31,756 nucleotides of DNA from assembly GCA_027319905.1 (NCBI GenBank), contig DAHVMJ010000010.1:1-31756 (forward strand). Reading direction: 5' to 3'. The notes beneath the pieces are model-generated. The model ran no database searches. It saw nothing but the letters and a program-made list of their open reading frames with translations, and was not told where the DNA came from. Of this stretch, positions 1-9,291 are shown in pieces. This DNA is from Candidatus Micrarchaeota archaeon. GTDB taxonomy: Archaea > Micrarchaeota > Micrarchaeia > Micrarchaeales > CABMGC01. Position 1 is the stretch's first letter, and each line of letters opens with the position of its first letter. The position numbers and the translations under genes were made by a program.

Positions 1-2
1 GC

Positions 3-88
3 GCAGGGGTGGCAGAGCTTGGCCAAATGCGGCGGGCTTAGGACCCGTTCCCTTTGTGGGTGCGAGAGTTCAAATCTCTCCCCCTGCA
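3..88 (+). tRNA. tRNA-Leu (anticodon TAG)
   Basis: Acceptor stem GCAGGGG(3-9)/CCCCTGC(81-87), discriminator A88, anticodon stem GCGGG/CCCGT with loop CTTAGGA (TAG at 39-41), long variable arm, GTTCAAATC T-loop; no intron. Confidence 0.96.
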
Positions 89-131
89 CCTTTCACGCAC
101 ATTTTTATACCTGAAAAATCCATCCTGATGC

Positions 132-845
132 ATGGCAGGCAGTTTGCCAATCAGCGTCATAATACCGACGTACAACGAGGAGAAGTACATACGCAACGTT
201 CTCGACGGCCTGCGAGATCAGAACTTCCGCGATTTCGAGATCATAGTGGCTGATTGGAACAGCACAGATTCCACAAGGAGGATAGCCGAGCAGTACGGCG
301 CTCGCGTCGTGCCCGTTGAGGCGAAAGGCATAGGGAAGGCCAGAAACAAGGGCGCAGCGGCTGCACGCGGCAAGGTGCATGTATTCCTCGATGCTGATAC
401 GAGACCGCGCAGTGGCCTGTTGCAGGCTTACAACGAGGCATTCAAGGCGAATCATATCGTAGCCGCCACGGGGCCGATACTCCCCCTAGAAAAGACGAAC
501 AGAAGAATAAACTTCGGCTACAAGTTTGTATCAATATTCTTTGTTAAATTATCGATACTGTTTGGTCAGCCTTCGATAGTCGGCTCTAACTTCGCGGTGA
601 GAAGCGACGCTTTCAAACGTGTGGGCGGATTCGACGAGAGGTACCTGACGTACGAGGATTACGACCTGTCGCTCAGACTCAGGAAGGAAGGCAAGATAAG
701 CTACATAAACGGCGCTGTAGTGCACGCGAGCACGCGTAGGGTAAAAGAGTGGGGAGTGTTCGGTTACTTCGCCTATCATACGGGAAACATGCTGCGCTAC
801 CACCTGCTCAAGAAGCCGAAGGAGGAGTACGCCCCCATAAGGTGA
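132..845 (+). CDS. Glycosyltransferase family 2 (GT-A fold)
   Basis: ISVIIPTYNEE start, STDST, ARNKG, FLDAD (DxD), GGFDE and EDYDL motifs; TATA-like TTTTTATA at 102-109. Confidence 0.92.
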   Translation: MAGSLPISVIIPTYNEEKYIRNVLDGLRDQNFRDFEIIVADWNSTDSTRRIAEQYGARVVPVEAKGIGKARNKGAAAARGKVHVFLDADTRPRSGLLQAYNEAFKANHIVAATGPILPLEKTNRRINFGYKFVSIFFVKLSILFGQPSIVGSNFAVRSDAFKRVGGFDERYLTYEDYDLSLRLRKEGKISYINGAVVHASTRRVKEWGVFGYFAYHTGNMLRYHLLKKPKEEYAPIR

Positions 846-949
846 GCCGCCTCGTGAAACGAGCCCAGCAAGGATTATAAGCCTTTTCAGCAAATAGCAT
901 AAGAGCTCTTTATTAGACCCACATCAAATGATAGGCGCTAGCTGATCTG

Positions 950-1132
950 ATGGAATATACTAAGTTTGAGAAGGCGAGGATAATAGGCGCCAGAGCGCTG
1001 CAGCTCGCCTACGGGGCCCCGCCCCTGATAAAAGTGCCGGAAAGCGTTACCGATCCACTTGCCCTTGCAGAACTTGAGTTCGCAGAGGACGTCATACCGA
1101 TAGTGGTGATGAGGGGCAAGGTGCAGAAGTAA
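950..1132 (+). CDS. rpoK: DNA-directed RNA polymerase subunit K (Rpo6)
   Basis: YTKFEKARIIGARALQLAYGAPPLI signature of RpoK/RPB6. Confidence 0.96.
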   Translation: MEYTKFEKARIIGARALQLAYGAPPLIKVPESVTDPLALAELEFAEDVIPIVVMRGKVQK

Positions 1133-2571
1133 TGACCGAACAGTTCGACGTCATAGTGGCTGGAGCGGGCATGGCTGGCGCGCTCGCCGCGATAATGGCC
1201 GCGAGGGGCGGCGCCAAGACAATCCTTCTGGACAGGAACGACCAGCAGGAGGCGGGCAAGAAGACCAACTGGGGGTGGGTCTGCGGAGACGCGTGCGCTA
1301 AGGCGCATGTCGACTTCATAGAGAAGGAAGCAGGGATAAAGCTCACTGCGCCGGAGCTAGACCATAAGGTCGACGGCGTGTACGTGCTCAGCCCCGACAT
1401 GAAGAACAAGTTCCTTTTTGACGGCGAAGGCTACACGCTCGACAGACCGAAGTACGCGAGGAAGATGGTAGGCGAGGCGATCAAGGCGGGCGCTGACTAC
1501 AGGCCAAAGCACGAGGTCGAGGGGCCCATCGTGGAGAACGGCGAGCTAGTCGGGGTGTTTGGCAAGGACCAGAACACGCAGCACGTCGAGATACGCGCAA
1601 AGATCATAATCGATGCGCTAGGTATGGCGAGCACGCTGAGGAGGAGGCTGCCGCCCAACGAGTACATAGAGAAGGACGTCAGCACCGACGACATAGAGTC
1701 CACGGGCAGGTACATAGCCAGGTTCGATCACGTTAAGGAGGATCTCAACTACTATGACCCGAAGAACGCGATCATACACCTCAACCAGCAGCTGGCCCCC
1801 GGAGGCTACGGCTGGGTCTTCCCAAAGAGCGATGGCAAGATAAACATAGGCATAGGAGTAGAGAAGAAGAGCCTGGACATAAGGAACAAGAAGCTGGGTA
1901 AGAGCGACACGCTGCACAAGCTGATAGACGAGTACGTGGCCTGGGTGCCCACTCTCAAGAACATGAGGGTAGATGAGACGGACCACAACGGGAAGGGCTA
2001 CTGGTCTGTGGCCGTGCGCAGGCAGTTCGACAGCCTCGTGTACAAGAACTACATGGGCGCTGGAGACACGATGACCATGCCGAATCCGATAAGCGCCGGA
2101 GGCATAGGGCCTGCGATGGTAGCCGGCATACTCGCCGGCAAGACGGCAGCCGAAGCGATAGCGGCCAACGACACGAGCATGGATTTCCTATGGAGGTACA
2201 ACCAGAGGTTCAACGACGCCTATGGCAACAAGACCGCCGGACTTGAGGTATTCAGGATCTTCCTGCAGAGCCTCAACAACGAACAGATCAACTACGGCAT
2301 GGAGCACTTCCTCACCAAGGAGGAGACGACGGCGATGGCCTACGGGCTCGTTCCAGAGATAACACTCGCTAGCACTTTCAACAAGGTGCTGAGCGGACTC
2401 GGCAACATAGGCGCTTTCAAGAACCTGCTCTTCGCACACAGCAAGATGAAGAAGCTCATAGAGATATACAAGAATTATCCGAAGAGCACCGGAGATTTCA
2501 AGGCGTGGAGGCAGGCAGTTGCCAAGGAGATATCCGAGGCGAAGACGAGATTCCCGGCCAATCCGATCTAG
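1132..2571 (+). CDS. Geranylgeranyl reductase family flavoprotein (digeranylgeranylglycerophospholipid reductase-like)
   Basis: GAGMAG FAD-binding motif, VCGDA, YGWVFP (YxWxFP), GAGD, NPISAGGI; start overlaps the rpoK stop (TAATG). Confidence 0.88.
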   Translation: MTEQFDVIVAGAGMAGALAAIMAARGGAKTILLDRNDQQEAGKKTNWGWVCGDACAKAHVDFIEKEAGIKLTAPELDHKVDGVYVLSPDMKNKFLFDGEGYTLDRPKYARKMVGEAIKAGADYRPKHEVEGPIVENGELVGVFGKDQNTQHVEIRAKIIIDALGMASTLRRRLPPNEYIEKDVSTDDIESTGRYIARFDHVKEDLNYYDPKNAIIHLNQQLAPGGYGWVFPKSDGKINIGIGVEKKSLDIRNKKLGKSDTLHKLIDEYVAWVPTLKNMRVDETDHNGKGYWSVAVRRQFDSLVYKNYMGAGDTMTMPNPISAGGIGPAMVAGILAGKTAAEAIAANDTSMDFLWRYNQRFNDAYGNKTAGLEVFRIFLQSLNNEQINYGMEHFLTKEETTAMAYGLVPEITLASTFNKVLSGLGNIGAFKNLLFAHSKMKKLIEIYKNYPKSTGDFKAWRQAVAKEISEAKTRFPANPI

Positions 2572-2593
2572 GTTCCCGGAAGGACTGCTAATT

Positions 2594-3331
2594 CTATCCC
2601 AGTACCATGAGATCTCTCACGCTTCCCTCAAGTCTTCCTCCAATGCCGTATACTTTCGCGTCTTCGAAATTAAAGAAATCGTGCTTGAATGGCGGAAGAT
2701 AGCTCTTCACCTTAGGGTTTAGGGCGCTGCCTGTTATGAGCGCATTGAACGAAGGCGTAACTATCATCTTGGCGCCCTTGTTATAGTCCGCATATTTTTC
2801 CGAAGCCATATGGGTCACCTCCGAAACGATCCATACTTTTTCTAAAGATCCATTCCTCAGCAGTGCATAGTGGCCATGGCCCACGACCACGTATCGTTTC
2901 CTCATCGCCTCTGCCGAAGGCCATGAGTTTCCGTGCGTTAGCGCCACCCCGCCTATGAGAAATTCGGTCGCCACTGGGATCTTGAATCCCATGTTTGCTA
3001 GCACCTTCTCCAGATCGCCATCGTGGTTTCCCTTCACCACTCTGGTGTCTATGTCCGCTATGGCGTCAAAAAACGTCTTCAGCTCTTTATACTCCGCAAA
3101 TCTCGGCGAGCCTATGCTCTCCTTCACGTCTCCTAGTAAAACAAGGCTTTTCGCCCCGGCTTTTTTGTAGGCGTCGAGTAAATTTTCGGCCATGCGCTCC
3201 GTCGCTTGCTGGAAGTAGAAGCCCTTCTCCCTGAGCTTGAGATGCATGCCTATGTGCAGGTCTCCGGCAACAAGCACCCGTTCCCGCTTTATCAGCAGCG
3301 CGGGTGTGTTTTTGACGAAGGAAACAAGCAT
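2594..3331 (-). CDS. Calcineurin-like metallophosphoesterase (archaeal COG1407-like)
   Basis: GDLHIG, LLGD, KGNHDG, THG, GHGH motifs; start moved to ATG 3331 (MLVSFVKNTPALL) to avoid overlap with the divergent gene. Confidence 0.88.
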   Translation of the reverse strand: MLVSFVKNTPALLIKRERVLVAGDLHIGMHLKLREKGFYFQQATERMAENLLDAYKKAGAKSLVLLGDVKESIGSPRFAEYKELKTFFDAIADIDTRVVKGNHDGDLEKVLANMGFKIPVATEFLIGGVALTHGNSWPSAEAMRKRYVVVGHGHYALLRNGSLEKVWIVSEVTHMASEKYADYNKGAKMIVTPSFNALITGSALNPKVKSYLPPFKHDFFNFEDAKVYGIGGRLEGSVRDLMVLG

Positions 3332-3388
3332 GATACCGCTTTGTCTGGCAGGTTTATTATAGTTGACAGGCCATTCTGTCTGGGATAC

Positions 3389-4453
3389 ATGGCCGACGCC
3401 TACAAGATAGGAAGGATATGGGGCATAGACATAGAGTTGCACTGGACCTTCATAGGCCTGCTGCTGCTTACCCTGTGGCTCAGCCTGCCAAGCGGGTTCC
3501 TGTTCCTGCTTATCGTGCTACTTTTCGCATGCGTGCTCATACATGAGCTTTCCCACTCTTTTGTTTCCCTGGTCAACAATGTGAGGGTGAGCAGGATAGT
3601 GCTCCTGCCTCTCGGCGGCGTCTCGATAATAGACATATCAGAGATCGACCCAAGGATAGAGTTCAACATAGCGGTGGCCGGCCCGCTCATGAGCCTGCTG
3701 CTCGGCGCCCTCTTCGGCTTCCTCGCGGTCTTCTCGCCCCCGGGCGTGGTCACCGAGGTTCTTCAGTTTCTCTTCGAGATAAACATACTGCTTGGCGTTT
3801 TCAACCTGCTGCCCGCGTTCCCCACCGATGGCGGCCGCGTCTTCCGCAGCTACCTCGAGAGGAAATACAACGAGTACACAGCCACGATGATGACGATAAA
3901 GGCAAGCAACATAGTCATGGGCCTCTTCATCGCAGGCACGTTCGTCTTCGTGCTCCTCATAAACGCGCCATTCTACTACAAGGAGTTCGTCTTCCTGTGG
4001 AACCTTCTGATAGTCTTCTTCCTGTACAACGGAGCGCAACAGGAGAAGCAGACGATGGAGATAAAGAGAGAGTCGAAGGGCGTGAGACTCAGTAACCTTG
4101 CCTCAAAGCACTTCGTGCTGGTAAAACCAAGCAGCAACGTGCAGGAGCTGTACAATGCGGTAAAACAGACAAGGGAGCACCTCCTAATAACCAAATTAGA
4201 CGGCGGCTACGCCTATGTGAACCTGCTTAGGAAGGAGAAGTTGAAGCCAGACCTTTGGGCAAGAGACATGGCGATAAAGATACCCAGCGTTGACGTTAAC
4301 GAGAACATAGTCGATGCTCTCGAGTCCATGGAGTCCAACGAGTCAGGCATAGCGGCGGTGACGCGCAGGGGCAGGCTCGTAGGCGTGGTCACGCTCTCTC
4401 ACATACAAGCATTTCTCTCGCTGCATATACTCCGTGCGCGCAAAGGCAAGTAA
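3389..4453 (+). CDS. Site-2 protease (M50 family) with C-terminal CBS domain(s)
   Basis: HELSH (HExxH), VAGP, FNLLPAFPTDGGR, several TM helices, CBS-like GRLVGVVTLSHI; start set at ATG 3389 (MADAYKIGRIWGIDIELHW). Confidence 0.93.
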   Translation: MADAYKIGRIWGIDIELHWTFIGLLLLTLWLSLPSGFLFLLIVLLFACVLIHELSHSFVSLVNNVRVSRIVLLPLGGVSIIDISEIDPRIEFNIAVAGPLMSLLLGALFGFLAVFSPPGVVTEVLQFLFEINILLGVFNLLPAFPTDGGRVFRSYLERKYNEYTATMMTIKASNIVMGLFIAGTFVFVLLINAPFYYKEFVFLWNLLIVFFLYNGAQQEKQTMEIKRESKGVRLSNLASKHFVLVKPSSNVQELYNAVKQTREHLLITKLDGGYAYVNLLRKEKLKPDLWARDMAIKIPSVDVNENIVDALESMESNESGIAAVTRRGRLVGVVTLSHIQAFLSLHILRARKGK

Positions 4454-4496
4454 TTTAAATCCTCTTTATCTAGAGAATACTGCGACCAGTGGTTCA

Positions 4497-7400
4497 GTGC
4501 TGTACCTCAAATCCATGAGCGTAGACAGATTCAAATCTTTCAAGCACATCAGTGTTATATTCAACAAGGGCTTCAACTGCGTCGTTGGGCCCAACGGAAG
4601 CGGGAAGAGCAACATAATAGACGCGCTTCTTTTTTCCCTAGGCGAGAACTCGCTTCGCAGACTGAGAGTCGACAGGCTGCAGTATCTGATACGCGAGGGC
4701 TCGAGCAGAGGCTCTTCAAGCCTTTCCAAGGCGCACGTGAAGATAGAGCTTGACGGGGACGAAAAGCTGGAGATAACCAGGGGCATACGCGCTGACGGCA
4801 AGACGGTCTACCGGCTCAACGGTAAGCGAATGACCAGGCAGGAGGTCCTGGAGGTGCTCAAGAGGCACAGGCTTCACATAGACGAGACGAGCACCATAGC
4901 GCAGGGAGAGATAAACAAGATAATAGAGGCCAACGCAAAACAGCGCAGGGAGTTCATAGACATTGCCGCGGGCATACAGGAATTCGAGTACAAGAAGAAG
5001 GAGGCGATGTCAGAACTTGAGAAGGTGGGGGTCAGGGTGAGCACGGCTCAGGCGATGCTCAATGAAAGGCTCACATTCCTCAACGAACTCGCGAAGGAGA
5101 AGGACGCGGCGGAGAACTATCTTGAACTGAGCAAGAGGCTGAAGTCGCTAAACTACAGCATACTGATCAAAAAGCAGAAGGCGTCGCAGCTATCACTCGA
5201 CGGCTATGCGAAAGAGCTTGCTAAACTCGAGGCCGAGAAGACGGCTGTAGAGGCCAAGCTGTCCGAATATTCCAACAAGATAGCAACTCTGTCGGCGGAG
5301 AGGCAGAAGATATCAGATATGCTCACGAGCAACACTACCACGCTCGACGGGGTGAACAAGAAGCTTGCAGACGTCGGCAACGAGCTGAGCGCGCTTGAGG
5401 TGAAACTGACCACGGGCGTGTCCACCATAGAGGAGGCGGAGAGGTTGATCGCAACGCTAGCAAGCGACATAAAGAGCGCGTCAGACCGGGTCGCAGCCAG
5501 CGATACCGAGCTTTCAGGCATGAAGGCCCGATTGGCGGAACTCGAGGTGCAGGCGAAGAAGCTTGGCGCGTCTAGTGGCTCCGGCGACTCGGGGAAGCAC
5601 GTGAAAGAACTCGACACTTCCATTTCATCTCTCGAGAAGGAGCTGGCGCGTGCACAGGAGAAGGTCGCAAAGCTGCAGACAGAGAAGACTCTCATAGAAG
5701 CGAGGAAGGCGGGCATGGCCAGCGAGATCTCCAGGCTGGCAGTAGAGATAGACGAAGAGATGCGCTCTGCGTCAGAGCTCAGGGAGAAGGTGCAAAGCGA
5801 AAAGGCGCGAAAGGAGCGCGCAGAAAAAACCGCGAGCGAGCTGCAGTCCCGCGCCGACGAGCTCAGAGACACGCTATCTAGACTTGACGCCGAGATAATA
5901 TCACTGAAGGAGCAGCGCGCCGCGTCACATTCTAGGGACGGGATGGCCCAGAGCAAGCTCAGGAATGCATTCTCGAGCACGCCAGGATTCTTCGGCACTG
6001 TAGCAGACCTGTGCAGCTATGATGGCAAGTACGCAGAGGCGGTGGAAGCCGCGGCCGGATCACGCTTCAACTACTTCGTGGTAGATACGATCGATACGGC
6101 CAACGAGATGATACAGTATCTCAGGAAGCAGAACCTAGGCAGGGCAACGTTCATGCCACTTCGAGAGCTCCGGGTGGAGCAAGAGGAGAAGGAGAAAGGG
6201 CTCCAGCCACTTGCAGGGCTTCTCAAGTACGAACCCAGGTTCACGAAGGTCTTCGGCTACATATTCAACAACACCTACCTCGTGCAGAACGTAGATGAGG
6301 CAAAGGCGGTTGGCATAGGCAAACACAGATACGTGACCGCATCCGGAGAGATAGTGGAGAGGGCCGGCATACTGTCCGGAGGCTCCAGGGCCAAAGTACT
6401 TTCGCTCGCAAGCATAGAGAAGAAGCTCAAAGAACTAGAGAGCGCCAGAACTGTGGGGTTCTCGGAGGCGAAGGACATAGACGCAAGACACTTCAACAGC
6501 AGGAAAGAGGCCGCAGAGGCCGACATCGAATTCGCGACCGCGAGCTCATCTGTACAGGATTACAACTCGAGGATAAAGGAGCGCGGAGACAAGAAGGCAA
6601 AACTCGAGTCAGAGATGTCTGCAACAGAGAACGACGCGGCGAAATCAGCCGCAGAGCTGATCTCTGCAACCAAGTCATTCACGCGGCTGTCCAAGGATCT
6701 TGAGCAGAGGAAGGAGGAGCGCAGCGTCGCCTACAATGAATCCATAGAAGCGGCGAAGAAGGGAATGAGCAAAGAGACTGCCGACAGGCTGGCGGCGGTG
6801 AACAAAGAGATCGAGGGCATAAAGGTGAGAAGCGCAGAGCTGCAGGCGTCGAGCAGGATGCTCGGGGATAACGAAAAACAGAAGGGGAAAGAGCTGGGAG
6901 AAAAACGCGACCTTGTCGAGAGAAACAGGAAACTGCAGGCAGACTATGCAAAAAGAAAGACTGAGCTGCTCAAGGAACAGGAACAGATAGAGAACAGGAT
7001 GAAGAAAAGCAGCAAGAGCAACAGGGAAGCGCTTGAAAGGCAGGATGCCATCGCCAAGGAACTGGAGAGGCTCATAACCGAACAGGCTGGCCATAACGCC
7101 AAGGCCGAGGGGATAGAGAAGCAGGCAAACGATGTGCGCGTGCGCCAGGGCCAGGTGGAGATGAGGCTCAACGATATAGCGGCGGAGCTTAGCGCCTATG
7201 GCAATACCGTTCCGGAGATGCTGAACGAGGACGTAGAGAAGATGGAGAAAGAGTCTGGCGTTCTCGCTGTGAAGATAGAGGCCCTCGGCAACGTAAACCT
7301 CAAGGCGCCCGAAGCATACGAGGAGAAGGCTCAGAGCGTCAACGAGGCGACCACGAAGGTAAACATACTGGAGGGGGAGAAGAAGGCGGTGCTGGCGATG

Positions 7401-7883
7401 ATAGAGGAGATAGATTCCAAGAAGCTTAACGCCTTCATAACAACCTTCAACGAGGTTAGCAAGAACTTCAGCAAGCTCTACAACTTCATCTACCCCGGCA
7501 AGGCAAGAATAGAACTCGAGGACCCGAACACTCCGCTTGAAACAGGCCTGAGCATAAGGGTCGAAGACGCCAACTTCGTGGGTCAGAGCAGGGGACTGTC
7601 TGGCGGGCAGAAGTCGCTGCTATCACTCATGCTGCTCTTCTCTATACACATGTGCAAACCATCGTCGCTCTACCTCTTCGATGAGATAGACACCGCGCTC
7701 GACAAGGAGAACTCGCAGAAACTCTCGCTGCTGATAAAGCAGATGGCCAAGGAGGCACAGTTCATCGTGGTCAGCCACAACGACTCGCTTATCGTGAACG
7801 CAGATGTGGCCATAGGCGTGACCAAGAGCGGCGGCGATTCCCAGGTATACGGCATAGAAATATCAAATGTTAGCAAGAAATAG
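4497..7883 (+). CDS. smc: Chromosome segregation protein SMC
   Basis: Walker A GPNGSGKSN, long coiled coils, hinge GRATFMPL...GEIVERAGILSGG, signature LSGGQ, Walker B/D-loop LFDEIDTALD, SHN; probable GTG start at 4497 after AGTGGT. Confidence 0.96.
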   Translation: MLYLKSMSVDRFKSFKHISVIFNKGFNCVVGPNGSGKSNIIDALLFSLGENSLRRLRVDRLQYLIREGSSRGSSSLSKAHVKIELDGDEKLEITRGIRADGKTVYRLNGKRMTRQEVLEVLKRHRLHIDETSTIAQGEINKIIEANAKQRREFIDIAAGIQEFEYKKKEAMSELEKVGVRVSTAQAMLNERLTFLNELAKEKDAAENYLELSKRLKSLNYSILIKKQKASQLSLDGYAKELAKLEAEKTAVEAKLSEYSNKIATLSAERQKISDMLTSNTTTLDGVNKKLADVGNELSALEVKLTTGVSTIEEAERLIATLASDIKSASDRVAASDTELSGMKARLAELEVQAKKLGASSGSGDSGKHVKELDTSISSLEKELARAQEKVAKLQTEKTLIEARKAGMASEISRLAVEIDEEMRSASELREKVQSEKARKERAEKTASELQSRADELRDTLSRLDAEIISLKEQRAASHSRDGMAQSKLRNAFSSTPGFFGTVADLCSYDGKYAEAVEAAAGSRFNYFVVDTIDTANEMIQYLRKQNLGRATFMPLRELRVEQEEKEKGLQPLAGLLKYEPRFTKVFGYIFNNTYLVQNVDEAKAVGIGKHRYVTASGEIVERAGILSGGSRAKVLSLASIEKKLKELESARTVGFSEAKDIDARHFNSRKEAAEADIEFATASSSVQDYNSRIKERGDKKAKLESEMSATENDAAKSAAELISATKSFTRLSKDLEQRKEERSVAYNESIEAAKKGMSKETADRLAAVNKEIEGIKVRSAELQASSRMLGDNEKQKGKELGEKRDLVERNRKLQADYAKRKTELLKEQEQIENRMKKSSKSNREALERQDAIAKELERLITEQAGHNAKAEGIEKQANDVRVRQGQVEMRLNDIAAELSAYGNTVPEMLNEDVEKMEKESGVLAVKIEALGNVNLKAPEAYEEKAQSVNEATTKVNILEGEKKAVLAMIEEIDSKKLNAFITTFNEVSKNFSKLYNFIYPGKARIELEDPNTPLETGLSIRVEDANFVGQSRGLSGGQKSLLSLMLLFSIHMCKPSSLYLFDEIDTALDKENSQKLSLLIKQMAKEAQFIVVSHNDSLIVNADVAIGVTKSGGDSQVYGIEISNVSKK

Positions 7884-7897
7884 TACTGGTTGTTTCA

Positions 7898-8917
7898 TTG
7901 AGAGACAGGAAGAAGAGGAAGGAGTCTAACCTCTCGTGGCTTCTTTACCTCCTGCTTATAGCGCTCATACTGATCTACGCGCTCTACGGCAACGTGGTTG
8001 TCGGGGGCGTGGCCGTTATCCTCATCGTAATCATACTCGTCTTTGAGATCAGGACCAGCATATCCACCGAGGGCACTAAGAAGAGCCTGATTGATATAGG
8101 CGTCGCAGTTGGCGCCGCGATAGCACTGTGGATAGTGCTCAGCGTGGTGCTACAGACTCCGGCTCCCGTAGATGCGGTTTCCAGCTGCAGCATGCTTCCC
8201 GTCCTGCACAGGGGCGATCTCGTCGTGCTTCACGGTCTGGGCAACGTATCAGCATTCGTGGCGCAGAACCACGTGCCTGTCATAAACGTAAGCAGGCATG
8301 CGTTTGACCTGATGCAGGGAAACATGTCCAACGAGTTCCTGGCGTACTTCGCCTACGTAACCAACGCATCGCGCATCGCCTTCGCCATAGCCAACAACAC
8401 CGCATACAACGTCAGCCTGTACAACACGCAGTGCGCCTCCCAGTACTCATACCTGGGCGAGCCGTACAAGATAGCGGAGTGCATGGTAAGCGAACAGCAA
8501 CAGGCGCAGAACCTCATAAGATACTCTTATGCGCTTGGCAGCGTGAACATCGGGGGCCAGGTGTACAAGGCGGTCTACACCTCGCAGATAAGCGTAGGCA
8601 ACGTAACACTGAGCGAGAACTACAGCAACCCGATAATAGTGTATTCGGCAAGCAGCCGCGACACATTCAGCGGCGACATAATACACAGGCTATACGCCGT
8701 GCTGAACGTGAGCGGAGAGTACTACTTCCTTACAAAGGGAGACAACAACCAGGCGCTTGACATAGAGTTCGGAAACTATCCGGTGAACAGCAGTTCCGCG
8801 ATAGGCTACGTGATAGCCGACATACCGATAATCGGCTACGTCAAACTGCTGCTGAGCGGCCAGATAGCCACGCCCGCGGGATGCAACCAGACGCTATCGT
8901 CGAAGCCGGTTTCTTAA
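7898..8917 (+). CDS. Signal peptidase I, archaeal/ER (S26B, Ser-His) type with a large insertion
   Basis: Three N-terminal TM segments, SSCSMLPVLHRGDL (catalytic Ser box), DIIHR (His box), LTKGDNN, IPIIGYVKL; TTG start uncertain. Confidence 0.85.
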   Translation: MRDRKKRKESNLSWLLYLLLIALILIYALYGNVVVGGVAVILIVIILVFEIRTSISTEGTKKSLIDIGVAVGAAIALWIVLSVVLQTPAPVDAVSSCSMLPVLHRGDLVVLHGLGNVSAFVAQNHVPVINVSRHAFDLMQGNMSNEFLAYFAYVTNASRIAFAIANNTAYNVSLYNTQCASQYSYLGEPYKIAECMVSEQQQAQNLIRYSYALGSVNIGGQVYKAVYTSQISVGNVTLSENYSNPIIVYSASSRDTFSGDIIHRLYAVLNVSGEYYFLTKGDNNQALDIEFGNYPVNSSSAIGYVIADIPIIGYVKLLLSGQIATPAGCNQTLSSKPVS

Positions 8918-8981
8918 CCTTTAAATATCTTTATTGACTATCTTTCTACGGCGGTTTTTCTTTCGGAAAGACGCTTTTTTG

Positions 8982-9290
8982 ATGGTTAGCTTGGCAGATT
9001 TGAACAATGACCTCAGGCTTGCTGTGGATACTGGCAGTGTTGCCCTCGGTACCAGAGAGACGGAGCGCGCCATAAGCGGAGCGAAGGCGAAGCTTGTGGT
9101 GATAACAAGCAAGGGCAAGGTGGACGCCAACAACGACATAACCCATCTTTGCAATGTCGCAGGCATAAAGATGGTTAAGTTCAAGGGCAGCTCCATGGAG
9201 CTCGGCACCATCTGCGGAAAGCCCTACTCTATAAACAGCCTTGCTGTAATAGAGCCAGGCAACTCAAAGATACTAGAAGAGGATTATTGA
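8982..9290 (+). CDS. rpl30e: 50S ribosomal protein L30e
   Basis: LRLAVDTGSVALG, ELGTICGKPYSINSLAVIEPGNS; ATG at 8982. Confidence 0.95.
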   Translation: MVSLADLNNDLRLAVDTGSVALGTRETERAISGAKAKLVVITSKGKVDANNDITHLCNVAGIKMVKFKGSSMELGTICGKPYSINSLAVIEPGNSKILEEDY

Positions 9291-9291
9291 T

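Noticed and set aside
56..253. 65-aa ORF at the window start
   Set aside because: Overlaps tRNA-Leu and the GT2 gene in another frame
851..863. Small hairpin CTCGTGAAACGAG after the GT2 stop as a terminator
   Set aside because: Short stem with no adjacent T tract; insufficient support
3206..3442. Apparent long head-to-head overlap of the phosphoesterase and M50 genes
   Set aside because: Disappears with starts at 3331 and 3389, leaving a 57-bp divergent promoter region
4497..7883. SMC as a Wadjet/JetC, Rad50 or defence ATPase
   Set aside because: Canonical SMC hinge, no zinc hook, and no jetABD or mre11-like operon partners
8945..8981. Hairpin TCTTT-CGG-AAAGA in the rpl30e leader as an L30e autoregulatory K-turn
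   Set aside because: No properly placed tandem GA pairs; the stem is short
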